This document shows positions 19,335-26,979 of a DNA stretch of 64,000 nucleotides, piece after piece (the first letter of the stretch is position 1; each line of letters opens with the position of its first letter). Location of the stretch: NCBI GenBank assembly GCA_903937035.1, contig CAIZXS010000005.1:62746-126745 (forward strand). Reading direction: 5' to 3'. The position numbers and the translations under genes are program-made. This stretch comes from an uncultured bacterium (GTDB lineage: Bacteria > Patescibacteriota > Minisyncoccia > Moranbacterales > UBA2206). The notes beneath the pieces are model-generated. The model was not told the DNA's origin. It worked only from the letters and a program-made list of their open reading frames with translations, and made no database searches.

Positions 19335-20204
19335 TTAGGCTATTTCTATAAAAAACTGTGGGTAATATTTTTGGAGAATCTCTCTTGCTCTGAGCACATC
19401 CCTCTTTGTTTCAAAAATTCCGAAGACCGTTGGTCCCTTGCCAGTAAGGGATACTCCAATTGCGCCAAAAGAAATGAGTGCTTTTTCTAGTGTTTCTGAA
19501 ATTGGGTATTTTTTCTTAGCTACGATTGAGAAGTCATTATACAGGCATCGGCTCATTTCATTCAGGTTGGAGCTATTTTTCACAAATTTAGCAGAAAGAT
19601 TTTTTCTTTTTGGGTTGTTCATAAAAAGCAAATCTTTGTCGAGCTCGGAGTATGCCCAGGGGGTGGAAATTTCTCCAGCAGGATTGATGACTAGAATATT
19701 AAGTTTTGGAAAACTTTTGATTTCTTTGATTTTCTCTCCCATGCCACAAATGAGGGCAGCGCGAGAATTTGAGATAAAAAAAGGGATATCTTTTCCGACT
19801 TCTGCGGCTATATCGATGAGCTCTCTTTGGGATAAAATATTTTTAAAATGAGTATTGAGGGTTAAGATAACCGCTGCGCCGTTGGAACTTCCCCCGGCCA
19901 TTCCAGCCGATAGTGGAATGTTTTTCTCGATGAATATCCTTAGCCCGACGGATTTTCCTGTTTTTTTAAAAAAACGTTCAGCAATTTTCCAGCAAATATT
20001 CTTTTCGTCAATCGGGACAGCAGGGATATTGCAAATGATTTCAATACCATTTTTATTTTCATCAAAAATAAGCTCAATTTTATCGAAAAGATTCTCTGTT
20101 TTTAGCATCACTGAGCGAAGTTCATGAAAACCACTAGGTAGTTTTTTTGTCACCTCCAGAGTCAAGTTTAGTTTAGCGGGTGATTTCACTTTAATTTTTT
20201 TCAT
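19335..20204 (-). CDS. ispE: 4-diphosphocytidyl-2-C-methyl-D-erythritol kinase IspE
   Basis: 289 aa. KVKSPAKLNLTLEV, GHMP kinase motif PLSAGMAGGSSNGAA. Confidence 0.85.
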   Translation of the reverse strand: MKKIKVKSPAKLNLTLEVTKKLPSGFHELRSVMLKTENLFDKIELIFDENKNGIEIICNIPAVPIDEKNICWKIAERFFKKTGKSVGLRIFIEKNIPLSAGMAGGSSNGAAVILTLNTHFKNILSQRELIDIAAEVGKDIPFFISNSRAALICGMGEKIKEIKSFPKLNILVINPAGEISTPWAYSELDKDLLFMNNPKRKNLSAKFVKNSSNLNEMSRCLYNDFSIVAKKKYPISETLEKALISFGAIGVSLTGKGPTVFGIFETKRDVLRAREILQKYYPQFFIEIA

Positions 20205-20679
20205 CCTTGACCAGACTAATAATTACAAAAACCTGGATTCCTTCACCTTTTCCGAAAGCGGTCAGTTTTTCTCCCGAAGTAGCATTGATTCCAATTTGAG
20301 ACTTTTCAATTTCTAGGAGCTTGGTTAAACTTTCCTTCATTTTTTCTTCTAGTGGGATTATTTTTGGTCTTTGGCATTCCAAAGAAATCCCAATATTATT
20401 AATCACATATCCTCTTTCTTTTATATGGCGCATGGCTACTTTTAAATATTCACGGCTATCATTAATTCCCGCTTGATTCATTTTATCCGCATAGATAGAA
20501 AAAGACTCTCCTCCAATTGCCTGTTCTAACGCGCGACAAATCGCGTGAATTACAGCATCGCCATCAGAATTTCCCTCAAGGCTGGGCTCATTTTCAATTT
20601 CAATTCCACCTAAAATTAATTTTTTGTCCGGATTCCCTGAAAATTTATGAGAATCTTGTCCTAGTCCAACTCGAAACAT
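20191..20679 (-). CDS. ispF: 2-C-methyl-D-erythritol 2,4-cyclodiphosphate synthase IspF
   Basis: 162 aa. MFRVGLGQDSHKF.. and GNSDGDAVIHA. Confidence 0.9.
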   Translation of the reverse strand: MFRVGLGQDSHKFSGNPDKKLILGGIEIENEPSLEGNSDGDAVIHAICRALEQAIGGESFSIYADKMNQAGINDSREYLKVAMRHIKERGYVINNIGISLECQRPKIIPLEEKMKESLTKLLEIEKSQIGINATSGEKLTAFGKGEGIQVFVIISLVKDEKN

Positions 20680-20683
20680 ATTT

Positions 20684-21385
20684 TTAATAGTTTTTTAGGA
20701 TTAATTTTGCCAATTCCAAATCTAGTGGCGTTGTTAATTTAAAGTTATTTTTTGAGGCTTCAATTATTTTCACTTTTTTCCCAAATCTTTCAACAAGGCT
20801 TACATCGTCAGTGCCCAGAAAATTATCAGAGTTGGCTTTTTGAAAAGCTTTTTTTGCCAGGGTAAATTGAATTGCTTGTGGAGTTTGCATGTTCCAAAGT
20901 TTTGATCTGTCGAGAACTTGGATGGAAAGGCCATATTTATTGACTTCTCGAATAGTATCCTTTGTTCTGTGGGCAACGGCGCAAGCGCCACGCTTTCTTG
21001 CTTCCATGACACAAGAATGCAACTCCAAATTAGTTACAAAAGGGTTCGCTCCATTGTGGAAAATCAATATTAGCCCTTGTTTGCCTTTGTTGTCAAACGA
21101 AGTGTCAATAAAGTCAATCCCGGCATAACTCGAATCTTGTCTCTCTTTTCCGCCAGGAATTATTCCCAGTATTTTTTTAAATTTATATTTTTTAACGATT
21201 TTCTCGAAAGTGTTTCGGTCTTTTTCTTGAGCTACCAAAACAATGCCGTCGATATCTTTCGATTTTTCGAATGCTTCTAATACATAAAAAATAATCGGTT
21301 TTCCTCCGAGAGTAATAAGCGTTTTATTTTTCCCCGCGCCCATTCTTTTTCCAATTCCAGAAGCGAGGATGATTCCAATATTCAT
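20684..21385 (-). CDS. ispD: 2-C-methyl-D-erythritol 4-phosphate cytidylyltransferase IspD
   Basis: 233 aa. MNIGIILASGIGKRMG N-terminal nucleotidyltransferase motif. Confidence 0.85.
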   Translation of the reverse strand: MNIGIILASGIGKRMGAGKNKTLITLGGKPIIFYVLEAFEKSKDIDGIVLVAQEKDRNTFEKIVKKYKFKKILGIIPGGKERQDSSYAGIDFIDTSFDNKGKQGLILIFHNGANPFVTNLELHSCVMEARKRGACAVAHRTKDTIREVNKYGLSIQVLDRSKLWNMQTPQAIQFTLAKKAFQKANSDNFLGTDDVSLVERFGKKVKIIEASKNNFKLTTPLDLELAKLILKNY

Positions 21386-21392
21386 AGGCGTG

Positions 21393-22535
21393 TTATTTTG
21401 AAAACTCTAAAAATTCTTTTGCCATTTCTCTTGCGTCAGTTATTGCTTTCTCAATATCAGTCAATTCTGGGCTAAAAACTGGATTATGTGCATCCATAAC
21501 TTTTTTAATTACAGTCTGGATGTCGAGGAACCGACACTCATGTTTTAGGAATTTTTCAACCATATAATCATTGGCTGCGTTCATGGCTGCCGGCAATGTC
21601 CCCCCAATTCTAGCAGCTTTGAGTGCAAATCCCAAGCAGGGAAATCTTTCGAGATCCGGTTCTTTGAAGGTTAGGCTCTTGGAAAAATCCCAACGCTTAA
21701 TGGGAGCATCCCAGCGTTCAGGATAGGAAAGTGCGTATTGGATTGGCAAGCGCATATCTGGATCAGAGAGTTGAGCAATAACGCTTGCATCAGAATATTC
21801 CACCATGGAGTGTATGATGCTTTCTGGATGGATAACTACTTTTATTTTTTCGATCGGCATGTTATAGAGCCACATTGCCTCAATCACTTCAAATCCTTTA
21901 TTCATCAGTGTGGCAGAGTCGATAGTAATTTTTTTGCCCATGCTCCATGTCTTATGTCCCAGCGCTTCTTCTACGGTCACGGACGGCATTTCTTCTTTAG
22001 TCTTGTCGCGCAGGGCGCCTCCTGAACATGTGATAATTAGCTGGTGAACTGTTTTTGGATTTTCTCCATTCAAACATTGAAAGAGGGCTGAATGCTCAGA
22101 ATCAATCGGCATCAGTTTGATGTTATTTTTTTTCACTTCTCGCATCACAAGCTCTCCTGCTGCGACCAGTGTTTCTTTATTGGCAAGAGCAATGTCCTTT
22201 TTGTGTTTGATAGCTTCCAATGTGGCTTTTATTCCTGAAAGGCTGACAAGGGAATTGATGAGCGTATCATATTCGGAAAGCGCGGCAATTTTAATTGAAG
22301 CATCCTCTCCTGAAAAAACAGGAATGTTTATCTGTTTTTCCAGTTCCTTGGCTTTTTTCTCATTAGCCACTCCAGCAAAAAGCGGATGATATTTTTCTAT
22401 TTGAGTCTTTAGTAGGGTAATATTATTATTGGCACTAAGCGCAATAATCTTGAATTTGTCAGGATATTGGTCCACCACGTCAAGCACTTGTGTTCCGACA
22501 TTTCCCGTACTACCAAGAATAGCGAGTTTTTTCAT
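21393..22535 (-). CDS. dxr: 1-deoxy-D-xylulose 5-phosphate reductoisomerase Dxr
   Basis: 380 aa. MKKLAILGSTGNVGTQVLDVV NADPH-binding N-terminus and conserved C-terminal domain. Confidence 0.9.
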   Translation of the reverse strand: MKKLAILGSTGNVGTQVLDVVDQYPDKFKIIALSANNNITLLKTQIEKYHPLFAGVANEKKAKELEKQINIPVFSGEDASIKIAALSEYDTLINSLVSLSGIKATLEAIKHKKDIALANKETLVAAGELVMREVKKNNIKLMPIDSEHSALFQCLNGENPKTVHQLIITCSGGALRDKTKEEMPSVTVEEALGHKTWSMGKKITIDSATLMNKGFEVIEAMWLYNMPIEKIKVVIHPESIIHSMVEYSDASVIAQLSDPDMRLPIQYALSYPERWDAPIKRWDFSKSLTFKEPDLERFPCLGFALKAARIGGTLPAAMNAANDYMVEKFLKHECRFLDIQTVIKKVMDAHNPVFSPELTDIEKAITDAREMAKEFLEFSK

Positions 22536-22661
22536 ATATTTTTGAAAAGTTTATATAGGCAGTTCAATTAGCTCCATTATAGCCGAACGGTTTCTTTTGT
22601 AAACTTGCTCAAAGAAAGGCGGGACGCTTTTCTTTTTTTCAAAATCCGCTAAACTTGAAAT

Positions 22662-23156
22662 ATGAAAACTGAATTTGTCACACAAAATTTTAAAGAAACA
22701 AGAGAACTGGGAAAACTCTTAGCAAATGAGCTTAAAGGCGGGGAAGTGATCTGTCTTTTTGGTGAGTTGGGAGCCGGCAAAACTACTTTTACCCAAGGGC
22801 TATTAGAAGGTTTGGGGGCGGAAAAACCCTACACTAGTCCAACATTTGTTGTTATGAAGGAATATAAGACAGAAGTCAGGAGACAGAAGTCAGTGAACAG
22901 TAGAATTGGCAATGTGTATCATTTTGATGCGTATCGGGTCGAAGCTGAAGATATTTTAAACCTGGGTTGGGAGGAAATAATCACGGAGGAGAGCAATGTT
23001 TGCATTGTTGAGTGGGCGGATAAGCTGGAAAAAATCGTTCCGGAGCGGGCGATTTGGATTGGCTTTGAGTGGCTGGATGACAAGAGACGAAAGCTATTGA
23101 TCGGGAAAAAGACCAAAAACTTGCTAAAATCCCAAAAGCATGCTAAAAATACTTAA
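22662..23156 (+). CDS. tsaE: tRNA threonylcarbamoyladenosine biosynthesis protein TsaE (YjeE ATPase)
   Basis: 164 aa. P-loop FGELGAGKTTFTQGLLEGLG and VYHFDAYRVE motif. Confidence 0.8.
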   Translation: MKTEFVTQNFKETRELGKLLANELKGGEVICLFGELGAGKTTFTQGLLEGLGAEKPYTSPTFVVMKEYKTEVRRQKSVNSRIGNVYHFDAYRVEAEDILNLGWEEIITEESNVCIVEWADKLEKIVPERAIWIGFEWLDDKRRKLLIGKKTKNLLKSQKHAKNT

Positions 23157-23196
23157 GTGTGAAGGAACTTAATTTATAAATAATCTAGAGAAAACT

Positions 23197-23469
23197 ATGC
23201 CAATTAAGAAATCAGCTAAGAAATATATGCGGGTGACTGAGCGGAAGACCGAGAAAAACCGCAAAATTAAAGGTGCTTTCAAGAGCGCAGTGAAATATAC
23301 CAAGGAAGCTCTTGCCAAAGCTGATGGCGCAAAAGCGACAGAATACCTTAAAAAATCCATCAAAGCGATTGATAAGGCCGTAGAAAAGAATGTAATGCAT
23401 AAAAATACTGCTGCCAGAAAAAAATCACGACTAAATAAGGCCGTGAAAGCCTTAGTGCTAAAGAAATAA
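23197..23469 (+). CDS. rpsT: 30S ribosomal protein S20
   Basis: 90 aa. MPIKKSAKKYMRVTERKTEKNRKIKGAFKSAVK.., lysine/alanine-rich S20 pattern. Confidence 0.9.
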   Translation: MPIKKSAKKYMRVTERKTEKNRKIKGAFKSAVKYTKEALAKADGAKATEYLKKSIKAIDKAVEKNVMHKNTAARKKSRLNKAVKALVLKK

Positions 23470-23493
23470 GTTTTTTTTACTTTGAAATAAAAA

Positions 23494-23523
23494 AACCATC
23501 CCAGGATTAGGGATGGTTTTTTG
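23494..23523 (+). terminator. Rho-independent terminator after rpsT
   Basis: aaccatccc-aggattag-ggatggtt hairpin followed by a T run. Confidence 0.6.
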
Positions 23524-23530
23524 TGTTTTA

Positions 23531-23679
23531 TGTCATCCTGAGCGTAGCGTAGTGGAGTCGAAGGATCTACCTTGCGCCATCTAGAGCCTGATTTATATTT
23601 GCAAAGCTTAGGGTGGTGACTAGCAGATCCTTCGACTGCATAAATTTCCTGGTGAAAATTTATTCCGCTCAGGATGACA
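23531..23679. repeat. Repeat family A, copy 1 (inverted-repeat element, ~149 bp)
   Basis: Starts tgtcatcctgagcgtagcgtagtggagtcgaaggatct and ends agatccttcgactgc...cgctcaggatgaca. The 14-bp termini are perfect reverse complements, and inner arms gtcgaaggatct/agatccttcgac are also complementary. Confidence 0.7.
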
Positions 23680-23699
23680 ATATTTTTTTTAGGATTGAT

Positions 23700-24674
23700 T
23701 TACAACTCCACAATAAACTTATCCAGCGATAACTTTATATCCGCTTGGCCAGTTTTTATTTTCGTATCAAGCGTACCTAGCTTTTTATAAATAGAGGTTA
23801 GCTTATTTTCACCAAAATTCTTAGCTTGCATGTAGCTCTTTTTCACTACAAAGGGATGAAGCTTGGTAATTTTGGCAATTTCAAACTCACTAAAAATGCC
23901 ATCTTCCTGAAGTGACGCGATGCGCAGGAGATTTCTGAATTGATAGACAAACATTGAAAAAAGATAGAAGGGATCGTCGCCATTATCGAGATGACGATGA
24001 AATAATTCTAGCGCCTTTTTCTTTCTATTGGCACTAAGCGCTTCAATTGTTTCGAAGATATTATTATCCAAATCAGCCTTAGTTAGGAGATCGATTGCCT
24101 CGGCGCTAATCATGGAAGACCCGGAGAAGCTGATTAATTTCTCCAGTTCTTGAGTGAGTAGTGCTGTGTCATTTCCGACGAAGGTAATTAATTTTTCTAG
24201 GGCGTCTTTGGCGATGGACGCTTCAGGGGAGGAGATTTTGATGCTATCTACAATCCATTGATTTAGCTTTGTGCCAGAGAGTTTCTCGAAATTTTGCTTT
24301 CTTGATTGCACTAAGAGAAATTTAAATAGAGCATTGTTTTTTCGAGGAATCCCTTCTTCCCAAAAAAGTACGACCAAATCGGGGTCAACTTTTATTTTTT
24401 CAGCGTGTTCTTTTAGGAATTTTAGTATCTTTGCTTGCTCGTCAGTTGGCGATTCTATGATGATTCTTTTGGCGATAAATAATTTTTTTGAAGAAAAGAG
24501 TCCTGAGGCAGAAAGGGTGGCTTTCATTTTCTCGTATGCACTATCCTTTGAATCTTTGGCATCAAACAAAGACAAACCCGCGCGGGATTTGTCATTGAGA
24601 GAAAACTTATTTTTTATTTCTAGTACTTTCTCATAGGATCTGAAAGTATCTTCACCGTAGAAAAAAATAATCAT
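23700..24674 (-). CDS. holA: DNA polymerase III delta subunit HolA
   Basis: 324 aa. MIIFFYGEDTF..SYEKVLEIK start and overall delta-subunit pattern. Identity from family-level resemblance only. Confidence 0.65.
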   Translation of the reverse strand: MIIFFYGEDTFRSYEKVLEIKNKFSLNDKSRAGLSLFDAKDSKDSAYEKMKATLSASGLFSSKKLFIAKRIIIESPTDEQAKILKFLKEHAEKIKVDPDLVVLFWEEGIPRKNNALFKFLLVQSRKQNFEKLSGTKLNQWIVDSIKISSPEASIAKDALEKLITFVGNDTALLTQELEKLISFSGSSMISAEAIDLLTKADLDNNIFETIEALSANRKKKALELFHRHLDNGDDPFYLFSMFVYQFRNLLRIASLQEDGIFSEFEIAKITKLHPFVVKKSYMQAKNFGENKLTSIYKKLGTLDTKIKTGQADIKLSLDKFIVEL

Positions 24675-24708
24675 TTGGTTTTTTTAGATTGGAGCGCTCT
24701 AGTGGGAA

Positions 24709-25806
24709 CTAGGCGGCTGGAACCCATTTTAGGGCTTGTCCTGGTTCTAGGATTTCAACCCAGATTTGTCCAGGAACGAATTGTACCTCTTGACCGCTTG
24801 CGTCATAGAAGAAAAGTTTATTTTTGGCGTCAGATTTATCCTTTTTCCATGTTCCGGTTTCTTGTTTGCCGTTCATGTAGTAGAAAGCTTCACCTGAATC
24901 TGAGGTATCAAACCATGGATCGCCAAGTTGTACATTGTTGTATTGCTCACCATCAATTAGTTGATCAGATTTTGCCATCAAGACAACAACATTTTTTGGT
25001 GCAAGTCTTTTGTTGTTATTTCTGTCCGTGTCGGCTACATCAGCCCATGTTCTTAGCCAGGAATTTGTTCCTTTGTCGTAATCATATTCAACATCATAGG
25101 GCTTGGCAAAGGCAACACGCAGGTGGCCTCCAGTTGGTCTTTGGTCAAGTGGCGCTTCTTCTTTATGCGCATAGCCAACAAATTTATTTTCCATATTAAA
25201 TCCGAAATTTTTTGCTCCTTCTAGTAATTTGGCAAATTTAGCATAGCCAGTATCTACGCCCCTTGCCATCCCGGTTTTTCTGTAACAATATTGTTCAGCT
25301 GATCTTCCTGCATCGTTGTTGCAGTTCATATCGTCATAAATCTTGCTATTTAAGACTTCCTTGAACTTTTCAATGTCTGAGCGTCCCCAATGCACGAAGA
25401 TCGCATCAAGTCCTTCTGCGAGATTAAGAAAATCGTGACGTGCGCTACGCATTGAACCGACATCCTCCGGGTCTCCGCAAACGTAAACTCCCATAAGGCG
25501 GGTAATTGAGGCGGTGATAACTGGCATTTCGAAAACCATATCTGCATCAGAGAAGCCTGATGCCGGGCGGGCAGAGACGTCTGCTGGTTGCATGACGGCT
25601 ACGGCTCGACGTTTACGATTTTCACAGGGTAGTCCAGAAAGGTAACTGACTTCCTCGGAGTTTTTCGGCGTGGTTGTGTCGATTTTTTGGTTAATATTGA
25701 TTTGCTTCTTTTCTGGCTGTTTTTTGTTTTTGATAAGCAAAAATGCACCAGCTGCAATAATGATTATTGCGATAATAGCAATAATGATTTTTGACTTTTT
25801 TTCCAT
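24709..25806 (-). CDS. DUF3048 (YerB-like) secreted/membrane-anchored protein
   Basis: 365 aa. N-terminal TM anchor, then RRAVAVMQPADVSARPASGFSDADMVFEMPV matching the DUF3048 N-terminal signature. Confidence 0.5.
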   Translation of the reverse strand: MEKKSKIIIAIIAIIIIAAGAFLLIKNKKQPEKKQININQKIDTTTPKNSEEVSYLSGLPCENRKRRAVAVMQPADVSARPASGFSDADMVFEMPVITASITRLMGVYVCGDPEDVGSMRSARHDFLNLAEGLDAIFVHWGRSDIEKFKEVLNSKIYDDMNCNNDAGRSAEQYCYRKTGMARGVDTGYAKFAKLLEGAKNFGFNMENKFVGYAHKEEAPLDQRPTGGHLRVAFAKPYDVEYDYDKGTNSWLRTWADVADTDRNNNKRLAPKNVVVLMAKSDQLIDGEQYNNVQLGDPWFDTSDSGEAFYYMNGKQETGTWKKDKSDAKNKLFFYDASGQEVQFVPGQIWVEILEPGQALKWVPAA

Positions 25807-25897
25807 GGGTATTTAGATTTAAAAATTACCTCACTATTATACAGTAAAATTTGAAAATAAGGAAAGGGTGGCATTTAAGGGGAATTTTATGTGCTTA

Positions 25898-25926
25898 TTG
25901 ACAATATTTAAGCATTTGCTATATTT
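25898..25926 (+). promoter_or_regulatory. Candidate sigma70-type promoter for the Cys-rich small-protein operon
   Basis: TTGACA (25898..25903), 16-17 nt spacer, TATATT. Lies ~240 nt upstream of the first ORF. Confidence 0.35.
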
Positions 25927-26160
25927 AGCGCATGCATAGTTTGATTTTTCAAACAACCAAGCGAGTCAATAATATGACCGGGATTACCCCAGGTCGGCTT
26001 TGGTTTTTGAAAAATGAAATGTAGCGCATAAAAAAGAATCTCATTTTTGAAAAATCTAAGCCGGTTCCCAGGGACTCGGTTTTTTGTTTTTTAACAACAA
26101 AAAATAGTGTAAATATTTGGTATATATTGCTTCAACCTTAAATGAAGAGGGGGATGGGCT

Positions 26161-26502
26161 ATGAATTGCACAACGTGCAAAAATTACAGTGGGACTTGCG
26201 GAAACTTTCCTCCATTATCGGAATGGAAAGGAGATGGCTTCGGGTGTTGGGATCCTCGTGATTGGGATGCTCCAGTGAGAAGGCTGTCAAAAAGCAAACC
26301 AATCGTGAGCTCAACTAGGCTCGCGTCTTTGTTTAATGCTGTGGACGCAACTAACGGCGACAACGTGGTAATGCCAGAAGCAATTTGTTCAAACATTGTT
26401 TGCTCAAAAAGAAGTTGGTGCTGTGAAGAAATCGCCGAAAGATGCAAAAAGTTTTCGCCAATGGTCGAAGTGAGAAAGATTTCATGTCAAAGAGAGGGTT
26501 GA
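26161..26502 (+). CDS. Small cysteine-rich protein (N-terminal CxxC), paralog 1 of 3
   Basis: 113 aa. MNCTTCKNYSGTCGNF...GFGCWDP with 11 Cys in total. SD-like sequence upstream. Confidence 0.45.
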   Translation: MNCTTCKNYSGTCGNFPPLSEWKGDGFGCWDPRDWDAPVRRLSKSKPIVSSTRLASLFNAVDATNGDNVVMPEAICSNIVCSKRSWCCEEIAERCKKFSPMVEVRKISCQREG

Positions 26503-26517
26503 GAAAAGGGGGTGAAC

Positions 26518-26700
26518 ATGATTAAGAGTTGCGCTGAATGCGAAATGGCAAATCCAGGCCATCCAAGAGGACTCTGGTGTCCCTTCTATGATCTGGTTGT
26601 AAAAAACCCTGACGAGTTATTTAAAACATGCAGCCTGAAAGACTGTTTGTTTCCAAGAAAGGAGGCAGCAAATGATGCTCTGCGGGAATTGTCGGTGTAG
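26518..26700 (+). CDS. Small cysteine-rich protein (N-terminal CxxC), paralog 2 of 3
   Basis: 61 aa from MIKSCAECEMANPGHPRGLWCPFYD. aagggggtgaac SD upstream. The ORF-track start at 26512 is 2 codons earlier. Confidence 0.45.
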   Translation: MIKSCAECEMANPGHPRGLWCPFYDLVVKNPDELFKTCSLKDCLFPRKEAANDALRELSV

Positions 26701-26881
26701 TAAGTTTGTGTGGTATATGTCAAAAAATATTTGTCGGGCTAATAGAAAAGAAAGAATTATCGAAAACCCAAAAAAAATGGCAGAAGAATGTGGTTATTTT
26801 GTTCCAAGGGATGATGAGGAGGATGGTTGCGGTGACCGCAGTCATTCTCCTCAAGTGAAAAGAGGTGGCCCATGGAACTAG
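26672..26881 (+). CDS. Small cysteine-rich protein (N-terminal CxxC), paralog 3 of 3
   Basis: 69 aa. MMLCGNCRCSKF... aggagg SD upstream. Overlaps the previous ORF by 29 nt. Confidence 0.45.
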   Translation: MMLCGNCRCSKFVWYMSKNICRANRKERIIENPKKMAEECGYFVPRDDEEDGCGDRSHSPQVKRGGPWN

Positions 26882-26896
26882 ACACCTTTCTAGTGA

Positions 26897-26939
26897 GGCG
26901 GGAATTCTGAATTGAGAATTCCCGCCGTTTATTTTTTTC
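26897..26939 (+). terminator. Rho-independent terminator after the Cys-rich operon
   Basis: ggcgggaattc-tgaattga-gaattcccgcc perfect 11-bp stem followed by gtttattttttt. Confidence 0.7.
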
Positions 26940-26979
26940 AAAGACTTTTCGTGCTAGAATAGGGCTATAAAAAATTAAA

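Noticed and set aside
24675-25199. 174-aa plus-strand ORF antisense to the DUF3048 gene
   Set aside because: No SD, odd Arg/Cys/His-rich product, and it fully overlaps a gene with a family-level signature on the other strand.
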